Of a stretch of 64,000 nucleotides of DNA, positions 44,261-54,725 are shown piece by piece. The DNA is from an uncultured Actinomycetes bacterium. GTDB lineage: Bacteria; Actinomycetota; Thermoleophilia; RBG-16-64-13. The DNA lies in NCBI GenBank assembly GCA_963809395.1, contig CAWEJM010000012.1, positions 110,367 to 174,366 on the forward strand, given 5' to 3'. Numbering within the stretch: position 1 is the stretch's first letter; the number at the start of each line of letters is the position of its first letter. Below the pieces are notes generated by a model, which was not told the DNA's origin, searched no databases, and saw nothing but the letters and a program-made list of their open reading frames with translations. A program made the translations under genes and the position numbers.

Positions 44261-45004
44261 CTAACCGCTCTTGCCCGCCTCCTTGTGACGAGCCACGTTG
44301 CCCACCCTCAACTTGCGGATCTGCTTCTTCAACTCTTCCTCGGTCAAGAACTCGTCGTCGCGAGCCCGGTCGTGATGAACCATCTCATCCAGGCGCCGCA
44401 TGAGCTTAGCGGAGGGGCCATGCTCCATCGCGCTGTATCCGACGAGGAGAAGCTCGTAGAGGTAGATGAAGTCGGGGAGGTTGAGCAGGTGCTTGACCAA
44501 CCCCTGCACCTTCGCGTTCTTGACCGCCGAGACCGGCTGAGCAGCCAAGCCCAGGCTATGAGCGGCAAGCCACGCATAGAGGAACGCGTTCGACAGCGAC
44601 GACTCGAAGATCGAGTCGCCCTTTTGCTTCGAATACCGGGCATTCATGGGCAGGCCCACGCGCCGCCGCGTGTCCCCCAAGACGAGGATGTCGACCGGCG
44701 CGAGAGGGCAATCCAACCGTCCGTGTGTTTCCACGGTCCAGGGAGGGCCCTGCCACTCCTCTCTGGTGGCCTCCAGAGCGTAGAAGTCGCTGTCGGCCCA
44801 ATCGTCGACGATCTTCTTGATTGCCGTGCGCAGGCCCAAGTCCTTGACCACCAAGAACTCCACGGGCTGCATGTTGAAGCCGGTGGGCGCCCAGCGGGCG
44901 ACCTCAAGTAGCTTCTCGACCATCTCGTCCGGTACCGGGTCGGGCTTTATCGCCCGGATGGTGCGGCGACCCTTGACCAACTCGAGTAACTCCTCGTGCT
45001 GCAT
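44261..45004 (-). CDS. Nitroreductase-family flavoprotein, paralog 1
   Basis: Intact. [41 protein letters not shown] is the classic nitroreductase N-terminus. The protein is about 247 aa with a charged C-terminal tail. Confidence 0.75.
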   Translation of the reverse strand: MQHEELLELVKGRRTIRAIKPDPVPDEMVEKLLEVARWAPTGFNMQPVEFLVVKDLGLRTAIKKIVDDWADSDFYALEATREEWQGPPWTVETHGRLDCPLAPVDILVLGDTRRRVGLPMNARYSKQKGDSIFESSLSNAFLYAWLAAHSLGLAAQPVSAVKNAKVQGLVKHLLNLPDFIYLYELLLVGYSAMEHGPSAKLMRRLDEMVHHDRARDDEFLTEEELKKQIRKLRVGNVARHKEAGKSG

Positions 45005-45020
45005 GCGGCCCCTCACTCGC

Positions 45021-45776
45021 TCACTCGTTGACCTTGTCCGCCTCCACGTGACGGGCCACATTGCCCGCCCGCAGCTTCACGATCTGCCTGCGAAGCTCTT
45101 CCTCGCTCAGGAACTCGTCGTCCGCGGCCCGTTCGTAGTGCACCATCTCGTCCAGGTGCCTCATGAGCTTCGCCGACGGCTCGCCCTCCATCGCGCTGTA
45201 CCCGACCAGGAAGATGTCGTAGATGTAGATGAAGTCGGGAAGGTTGAGCAGGTGCTTGACCAGCCCCTGCACCTTCGGGTACTTGACCCCCGACACCGGC
45301 TGGGCGGCCAAGCCCAGGCTGTGGGCGGCGAGCCACATGTACATGAACGCGTTGGAGAGCGACGACTCGAAGATGGAGTCGCCTTTCTGCTTCGAGTAGC
45401 GGGCGGCCATCGGCAGGCCCACGCGCCGCCGGGTATCACCCAGTACCAGGATGTCCACCGGAGCCAGCGGGCAATCCCAGCGCCCGTGGGTCTCGATGGC
45501 CCAGGGCGATCCCTGCCATTCTTCCCGGGTGGCTTCCAGCGCGAAGAAGTCGCTGTTCTTGTAGTCGTCGACGATCTTCTTGATGCCGGTGCGGAGCCCC
45601 AGGTCTTTCACCACCAACATCTCGAGAGGCTGCATGTTGAAGCCGGTAGGCGCCCAGCGGGCGGCCTCGAGGAGCTTGTCGACCAGGTCGTCCGGGATGG
45701 GATCGGGCTTGATCGCCCGCAGCGTGCGCCGGCCCTTGATCAACTCGAGGAACTCCTCGTACTGCACGGTGGACTC
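45021..45776 (-). CDS. Nitroreductase-family flavoprotein, paralog 2 (tandem duplicate)
   Basis: A GTG at 45776 follows GGAG. By eye, roughly four-fifths of positions are identical to paralog 1 (e.g. [52 protein letters not shown]). Confidence 0.75.
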   Translation of the reverse strand, partial: ESTVQYEEFLELIKGRRTLRAIKPDPIPDDLVDKLLEAARWAPTGFNMQPLEMLVVKDLGLRTGIKKIVDDYKNSDFFALEATREEWQGSPWAIETHGRWDCPLAPVDILVLGDTRRRVGLPMAARYSKQKGDSIFESSLSNAFMYMWLAAHSLGLAAQPVSGVKYPKVQGLVKHLLNLPDFIYIYDIFLVGYSAMEGEPSAKLMRHLDEMVHYERAADDEFLSEEELRRQIVKLRAGNVARHVEADKVNE

Positions 45777-45781
45777 CTTTG

Positions 45782-46763
45782 CTAGAACTGGATGGCTTCT
45801 TTGATGGCCTCCACGACCCTGTCCACATCGGGCTGGAAGTAGTCCTCCAGTTTGGCCAACGGAGGAATCGTATCGAATCCGGTGATACGCAGCACCGGGG
45901 ATCTGAGATGGAGAACCGCCCGTTCCATGATCTGGGCCGATATCTCCGCCCCGAATCCGCAGCTCCGGGGGGCCTCGTGGACCACGACCGCCCGGCCCGT
46001 CTTTGCCACGCTGGCGATCACGGTCTCGAAGTCGAACGGCGACAACGTCCGCACGTCGATGATCTCCACGTCGGCAGCGCCTTCGGCTTCCAGACGCTGA
46101 GCCGCTTCCTTCAGGGTACGCACGTGGGCTCCCCAGGCCAGCGCCGTCACGTCCCGGCCCTCGCGCACCACCCGGGCTTTGCCCAGCGGGAGGGTGTACG
46201 GTTCCTCGGGCACGTCCGCCTTGATGGCCCGATAGATGCGCGCCGGCTCCATGAACACCACCGGATCGGGATCGCGTACCGCGGCGGCCAAGCAGGCCCT
46301 TGGCCTCGTACGGATCGGCAGGTATGACCACCTTGAGCCCGGGCACGTGGGCGAACACCGCCTCCATGCTCTCGGAGTGATGCTCCAACGCCCGTATCCC
46401 GCCGCCGTAGGGCATCCGCACGACGAGTGGGACCGTGAACTGACCCCGGCTGCGATTGCGCATGCGCGAGGCATGAGAGACCAACTGGTCGTAGGCCGGA
46501 TACGAGAAGCCGGAGAACTGGATCTCGGCCACCGGACGGTAGCCGGCGATGGCCATGCCGATCGCCATCCCCACGATCCCCGACTCCGCCAGGGGCGTGT
46601 CGATGACCCGCTCCTCGCCGAAGCGCTCCACCAGGCCGTCCGTGACCCGGAACACTCCCCCGTCCCGGCCCACGTCCTCACCGAGCACGATGACCTTGGC
46701 GTCGAGCTGCATCTCTTGAAGGAGAGCCTGGTCGATGGCCTCCACCATGTTCAGACGCGCCAT
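45782..46763 (-). CDS. 2-oxoacid (acetoin/pyruvate-type) dehydrogenase E1 beta subunit, one frame change
   Basis: [18 protein letters not shown]...[19 protein letters not shown]...VVRMPYGGG is in one frame. ...[13 protein letters not shown]...[10 protein letters not shown]...[16 protein letters not shown] is in ORF 45782-46681. Confidence 0.9.
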
Positions 46764-46764
46764 G

Positions 46765-47845
46765 TCAGCGCCTCCTCGCCAAGCGGGCCATCAACTCCGC
46801 CTGCTGCTCGACCAACTGCGGGGTCATCTCCGCGTAGACGTGCTTGAAGATCTCCTCCGGTCCCGGCGGGGGGATCGCTTCGAAGGCGGCCACGGCTTCG
46901 GCCACCTTCTGATCGGCCTCGGCGACCGTGTTCGCCGCGGCGGCGTCGTCGAGGAGCCCGGCCGCCCGCATGTACCGGGCCAGCCGCTCGATCGGGTCCC
47001 GCTGCCGCCACGTCTCCACTTCCTCCTCCGAGCGGTAGCGACGGGCATCGTCGGAGGTGGTGTGGTCGGTCACCCGGTACGTGTGCGCCTCGATGAGCGT
47101 GGGCCCCGACCCGGCGCGGGCGCGATCCAGGGCCTCAGCGGTCACCCGGTAGACCGCGAACACATCGTTGCCGTCGACCTGCACACCGGGCATGCCGTAG
47201 GCGAGCGCCTTCTGCGCCACCGTACTGGAGGCGGTCTGCTTGGTGTAGGGAAGGGAGATGGCGTACTGGTTGTTCTGACAGAAGAACACCACCGGGACCT
47301 GAAAGACGCCGGCCATGTTCATGGCCTCGCTGAAATCGCCCTCCGAGGTCGCTCCCTCCCCGAAGAAGGTGAGCACGGCCACCTTCTCGCCGGCCTGCTT
47401 CATCGCCCAGGCGATGCCGACGGCGTGCAGCATGTGCGTGCCCACCGGTATGGCCACCGGGAGCGTCCGCAGCTCCCGGGGAAAGGCGGCGCCCCGCTCG
47501 TCCCCGCTCCAGAACTGAAGGAGTTGCTCCATAGTCAGGCCGCGCAGCAGGAGCGCCCCCGTCTCCCGAAATGCCGGGACCAGCCAATCGTCCGGCCGGA
47601 GCGCGAAGCGCCGCTCCCACCTGGGCCCCCTCCTGGCCCGCCACCCGGGCGAAGGTACCCAGCCGTCCCTGGCGCTGCAGCTTGAACATGCGCTCGTCGA
47701 ACTGCCGGGTGAGCACCATATGCTCGTAGAAGCGTTTGATCTGCTCCGGCGAAAGCGCGGGCATGAGGGCTTCATCGACAGCACCCTCCAGGTCCAGCAC
47801 TTCCACTCGGTCTATCGAGTACGAGACCAGAGCACGGATCGGCAC
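46765..47845 (-). CDS. 2-oxoacid (acetoin/pyruvate-type) dehydrogenase E1 alpha subunit (TPP-binding), frame-shifted near N-terminus
   Basis: [25 protein letters not shown] is in 47135-47887. [38 protein letters not shown] (TPP motif) is in 46765-47784. The start is approximate. Confidence 0.9.
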
Positions 47846-47849
47846 GTCC

Positions 47850-48894
47850 TCACCCCTTTCGTCGCGCGGGCCGGCACGCCCGCCCACTCAGTCTCAATCG
47901 GCTGGCGCCGTCCACGACCAGCACGGCCGCCCCTCGTATCGCTCCCCGGCGCAGGCGCTCAAGAGCCTCGTTCGCCTCCTCGAGCGGGAACAACTCCACT
48001 TCGGTCCGCACCGGCACCTCGGGAGCCAGAGCCAGGAAACCCTCCCCGTCCGACCGGGTCAAGTTGGCCACCGAACGGACCATCCGCTCTCCCCAGAGGA
48101 TCTCGTACGGGAACGAGGGGATGTCGCTCATGTGGATGCCCCCGCAGACGACGACCCCGCCTTTGCCCACGGCCCGCAGGGCGACCGGCACCAACTCCCC
48201 GGCGGGCGCGAAGATGATGGCGGCGTCGAGTTCCTCGGGAGCGGCCTGAGACGTGTCGCCCGCCCACTCGGCCCCCATCTCCAGGGCGAACTCCTGGGAG
48301 CGCGTGTCGCCGGGACGGGTGAAGGCGAACACCCTGCGACCCTGGTGGCGAGCGACTTGGGTGACGATGTGCGCAGCCGCCCCATAGCCATAGATGCCGA
48401 GGCGCTCGGCCTCGCCGGTCATCATCAGCGAACGATAGCCGATGAGCCCGGCGCACAGCAGAGGCGCCGCTTGAGCCGGCGGGATAGCCGGACGGTATGG
48501 GGAATGCGAACCGGTGATCGGCCACGGCACGCTCGGCGAAGCCGCCGTCGATGTCATACCCGGTGAACTTGGCCTGGTCGCACAGGTTCTCGCGGCCGCT
48601 CAGGCAGTAGCGACAGCGGCCGCAGGTCCAGCCCAGCCAGGGAATGCCTACCCGCTCGCCCACGGCGGGGGCCGAGACGCCCTCACCCAGGGCGTCGACC
48701 GTGCCCACGATCTGGTGACCGAGAATGAGCGGCAGCTTGGGATGCTGCAGCTCGCCGTCGAGAATGTGCAGGTCGGTCCGGCAGATGCCGCACGCGTGAA
48801 CCTTGACCCGCACCTGTCCCGGCCCGGGCGCGGGTGCGCGCACCCGCGCCACCCGCAACGGGCGTCCGGCGGATTCAAGAAGCATCGCCCGCAT
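47850..48894 (-). CDS. Zinc-dependent alcohol dehydrogenase family protein, frame-shifted
   Basis: MRAMLLES...CGICRTDLHILDGE...GHQIVGTV...CGRCRYCLSGRENLC are the catalytic and structural Zn motifs. The Rossmann half is in ORF 47850-48557 (GIYGYGAAAH). Confidence 0.85.
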
Positions 48895-48937
48895 GAAGTC
48901 AGACACTCGCGCTCTTCCCCCGGCTCTGCCGCTGCGC

Positions 48938-49690
48938 CTAACCGACCACGCGCGGTCCGCCCTCCCGCCCGTCACGCGTGAACACCGACGGGCGTTGGAA
49001 GTGGACGTTCACGTAGTGATCCACGGCTCGATCGATCAAGCGCTCGGGATCGCGGTCGTAGATGATGGACGCACCGGTCTCCTTGTCGATGGCCTTGACC
49101 AGATCGGGGACGATGTCGGCGATGCCGCCACTGCCCTCGAGCACCCCGATCAACTTACCCTCGTCGTAGGCGATGGCAAACTCACCAAGGGTACCGGAGT
49201 GCCCGTTCACGATGATGACGATGTCACTGGAACGGATATTGACGATCTCCCGACCCATCAGGCCGCTGCCCGTGTAGATGAGCACGTCGAACCCGTCCAC
49301 CGGCGAGTGGTAGACGTGGAGGTGCTCGTCGAGGCTCAGGGCCGGCGATATGCCCACCGAAAGGCCACCCACGCTCTGGGCCCCGCGGGCGCTCTCGAGA
49401 GGCAGACCGGGCGCCGAGCCGCTGATCAAGACCATCCCGCGCTCGGCCACGACGCGCCCCAGCTCGAAGGAGGCCGCACGCCCCTCGGGCGTGAAGCTCC
49501 CCGAGGCCGCTCCCATGACGCCCACCTTGAGGGCCATGGCCTTGATGTTCTTGGCATACCGCTCCGGATCGGAGTTGAAGAGGTCGCGATGCTCCTCCGA
49601 GCAGAACAGATAGATGCGCCCGTTGTAGAAGGAGGCGGCGTCGGCTTCGCGTTCTGATACCGTGGTGCCGCATACCGGGTCAGCGGTCAC
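48938..49690 (-). CDS. YHS-domain / SLOG (TIGR00725, LOG-DprA-like Rossmann) fusion protein
   Basis: Intact 250-aa ORF. The N-terminal DPVCGTTV...GRIYLFCSEEHRDLFNSDPERY is a YHS/TRASH-type domain. The rest, KVGVMGAASG...LISGSAPGLPLESARGAQSVGGLSVGISP...IIVNGHSGTLGEFAIAY, fits the TIGR00725/SLOG pattern. The GTG start overlaps the upstream gene by 11 nt. Confidence 0.65.
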   Translation of the reverse strand: MTADPVCGTTVSEREADAASFYNGRIYLFCSEEHRDLFNSDPERYAKNIKAMALKVGVMGAASGSFTPEGRAASFELGRVVAERGMVLISGSAPGLPLESARGAQSVGGLSVGISPALSLDEHLHVYHSPVDGFDVLIYTGSGLMGREIVNIRSSDIVIIVNGHSGTLGEFAIAYDEGKLIGVLEGSGGIADIVPDLVKAIDKETGASIIYDRDPERLIDRAVDHYVNVHFQRPSVFTRDGREGGPRVVG

Positions 49691-51084
49691 TCGGAGCCTC
49701 CTCCAGGTCGAAGGTCTCGTTCCTCTCGGCCACCACGACCCGGAAGTGCAACTGCTCCTCGAGAAGCTTCGCCAACGTCGTTGCGGCGGTCAATTCGCCA
49801 TGGGTGAGGATCGTGAGCCGGGGCGGCTTGAAATGGGACGCCCAGGCGAGCAGCTGCCCTTGGTCGGCATGCGCCGAAAGTCCGGTGATCTCGTGGATGT
49901 GAGCCTTGACCGCGATCTCTTCTCCGAAGATCCGCACCAGCTTGTCGCCGTCGAGCAGGCGGCGGCCCAGGCTGTTCTGGGCCTGGAAGCCGACGATCAC
50001 CACGTGCGCTTCGGGACGCCACAGGTTGTGCTTCAAGTGGTGACGGACCCGCCCCGCGTCGGCCATGCCGCTCGCCGAGATGATCACGATCCCCTTCTTC
50101 TCGTTCAGTGCTCTGGATTCGTCGGCGCTGGCAGTGTAGTGGAGCTGAGGGAAGTCGAAGATGCCGCCCGGCTCGCCCACCAGCTTCCAGGACTCTTCGT
50201 CGAACGCCTCCCTGTGGCGGCGAAAGACCTCGGTGGCCCGGGAGGCCAAGGGGCTGTCGACGTACACGGGCATGTCCAGTTGGTGCTTATCGAAGATCTC
50301 GCGCAGGAAGTAGAGCAGTTCCTGCGTGCGGCCCACGGCGAACGCGGGGATGATGACATTGCCTCCGTCGCGGTGAGCCTGCTCCAGGATGGCCGCCAAC
50401 TCGTCCACCGGTTCTCCGTCGCGGACGTGCAGGCGGTCACCGTAGGTGGACTCCATGATCAGGTAGTCGGTCTGCTCCATCGATCTCTGGATCGCGCACG
50501 ATCGGCTGGTCGGGCTGACCTACGTCACCGCTGAAGAGCACCTTGACCTGTCCGCCCTGCTCCTGCAGCCGCAGCTCCAAGAAAGCCGACCCCAGGATGT
50601 GCCCGGCATCGTGGAACACCACCGTCACGCCGGGAGCCAGTTCCGTGGGCACCTTGTACTCGACCGACTTGAACAGTCCGATCGCCTTGCGAGCGTCGTC
50701 CTGTGTGTACAGAGGTTCAGTGGATCCGCGCCCGGCTCTGCGAGCCTTCCGGGTGCGCCATTCCGCCTCGGTCTCCTGGATATACGCGGAGTCGAGCAAC
50801 ATGATCTCGGCCAGATCGCTCGTGGGCGCGGTGGTGTAGATCGGCTTTCGGAAGCCTTCCCTCACCAAGCGCGGGATCCTTCCGGAGTGGTCGATATGAG
50901 CGTGCGTGAGCAGCATGAAATCCAATTCCAGGGGATCGAACACGAAGGGAGCGAAGTTGAGAGCTTCCTCCTTGTCGCCCCCCTGGTGCATGCCGCAGTC
51001 CACCAGGAAACGAGTGGCCCCCACCTCGACCACGTAACACGATCCGGTGACTTCACGTGCTGCACCGCAGACCTGTAGGAACAT
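49680..51084 (-). CDS. MBL-fold beta-CASP family nuclease (CPSF/RNase J-like RNA-metabolising hydrolase), one frame change
   Basis: [19 protein letters not shown]...[11 protein letters not shown]...[11 protein letters not shown] is in 50437-51441. The beta-CASP and C-terminal motifs (MESTYGDR...[13 protein letters not shown]...[12 protein letters not shown]...LSAHADQ) are in 49680-50480. Confidence 0.85.
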
Positions 51085-51274
51085 CTGTCCTCCTCGAGCC
51101 GACCGACTGCTGAAGGTGAGCCGCGCATCGGCCCATCGCGCATACTGTCTCACACCGAGCCGAAGGGCGCCCGCAGACCGGTATGTTATATTATTCACAG
51201 CGCTGCCCTCCCCCGATTCGCGGCAAGAAGGGAAGGTGCGCTGTTGTCCTATAACAGGAAAAGCGGAGGAAGTT

Positions 51275-53236
<1,962 letters not shown>

Positions 53237-53261
53237 CAGCCTGCGACACCGAGACGATCAG

Positions 53262-53318
53262 GGAGGGGCCGGGTTCACCCCGGCCCCTCCACACCGCGGA
53301 TGCGGCCCGCATCCGCGG
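53262..53318. terminator. Two tandem perfect hairpins between convergent acs and the binding-protein gene (putative bidirectional terminator)
   Basis: Hairpin 1 is GGAGGGGCCGGG-loop-CCCGGCCCCTCC (53262-53290). Hairpin 2 is CCGCGGATGCG-gcc-CGCATCCGCGG (53294-53318). Confidence 0.55.
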
Positions 53319-53396
53319 TTCGCCGAGCAGCCCGAAGCGACCCATTGGCGAGCCCACCACTCGTGCGCCGCGCCGCCTGCGCACGCCGCTCCTCCC

Positions 53397-54722
53397 CTAC
53401 GGCAGCAAGAAGGTCCCCTTCCGGTACTCCTCCGGCCACAGGGGCACGAGCGTGGCGTCCTGGATTTGCGCGATGAATAGGCGGGCGCCCCGATTCTGAC
53501 CGGCGCCGTCGAATGTGAGCACGGATTGGGGAAGCACCATGTGCTCTCCCGCGGGCATCGCGGTGGTGGCCAGCGCCAGCCGCAACTGCTCTGGATCTGC
53601 CGACCCGCCCCGCTCCAGGGCGTTTGCCAGCAGCCACACCGCCTGGTAGGCATAGAGGCCGGCGGCGCTAAGCGGCCGACCGGAAGCGGCGCCCATCGCT
53701 TTCTCCAGCTTACTCGCGGACGCGCCGGGGCTGTACTCCAGTTCGGTGAGCATCCCCTGGGCAGCGGCACCCGCCCGAGCGATAAAAGCCGGGTCGCTCA
53801 CTCCTCCGGCCGCGTCCAGCACTGGAAGACCTAGACGCGATTGCTGCGCCCCCTGCGCGATGAGGATGGCGTCGCTCAGATAGGTGGCGGTCAAGACCGC
53901 CTGAGCCTCACCGGCCTTGATTTGAAGGATCTCGTTGTGAAGGTCCGCTTGGTCCGCCGGATACGACAGGTCGGCGACCACCTCGATACCGGCTTCCTCC
54001 AGGTACTTCCGCTGGCCGGCCGCGGTCGCTTGTCCGAATGCGCCGTCTTCGTGAAGAAGCGCCACCTTCGTGACCACCAGACCACCGAGGGACGAAGGAT
54101 CGGCCAGGAAGCGAACCTGGTCGCGCGCATACCAGTCGGCCTTGGCAGCAAGTCTGAAGGTGTACTTGAGCCCTCGCTCGGTGATCGCATCGGCCGCCGC
54201 CGAGCTAACGATAAAGGGCACGCGGAGACTTTCGGCGGCCTCAGTGGCAGGCAGGGCGACGGTGGACTGGATAGCGCCCACCACCGCGCATACGCCTTCC
54301 TCCTCTACCAGTCGCCGCACCTCGCCGGCTCCGACCTCCGGGTCGCCCTGCGAGTCGGCCTCGACCAGGACCAGCGACGCCCCCCCGAGCGCGCGGATGC
54401 CCCCTGAGGCGTTGACCTCCTCCACCGCCAGTCGCAGGCTCTCGATGCTGGCTTGCCCCTGCGCGGCCAGATCGCCGGTCAGAGGGAACAGCGCGCCCAC
54501 CCTGATCACGCCCGGGTCCTCCGTGGTGCTGGTCGATGAAGTCCCAGCCTCGCTCGTGGCAATGGTGGTCGAACTCCGCGCCTCGCTCGCGGCGCTCGTA
54601 CTGGTCGCGGCAGCGGTCGTGGCCGTGGCCAAGGTATCCCCGCCCGCGCAACCCCCGGACAAGAGAGACAGACCGAGTAGGAGCCAGGCGAGCCCCGCGG
54701 CCGACGCCGTCCGTGCCCGCAC
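53397..54722 (-). CDS. ABC transporter substrate-binding lipoprotein, type-1 PBP (Leu/Ile/Val-binding-like)
   Basis: Intact 441-aa ORF. It has a signal peptide with lipobox LLSGGC, a Ser/Thr-rich linker, then IRVGALFPLTGDLAAQG...ADSQGDP...VVGAIQS, typical of LivJ-type proteins. No permease or ATPase genes are adjacent. Confidence 0.8.
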   Translation of the reverse strand: MRARTASAAGLAWLLLGLSLLSGGCAGGDTLATATTAAATSTSAASEARSSTTIATSEAGTSSTSTTEDPGVIRVGALFPLTGDLAAQGQASIESLRLAVEEVNASGGIRALGGASLVLVEADSQGDPEVGAGEVRRLVEEEGVCAVVGAIQSTVALPATEAAESLRVPFIVSSAAADAITERGLKYTFRLAAKADWYARDQVRFLADPSSLGGLVVTKVALLHEDGAFGQATAAGQRKYLEEAGIEVVADLSYPADQADLHNEILQIKAGEAQAVLTATYLSDAILIAQGAQQSRLGLPVLDAAGGVSDPAFIARAGAAAQGMLTELEYSPGASASKLEKAMGAASGRPLSAAGLYAYQAVWLLANALERGGSADPEQLRLALATTAMPAGEHMVLPQSVLTFDGAGQNRGARLFIAQIQDATLVPLWPEEYRKGTFLLP

Positions 54723-54725
54723 TCT

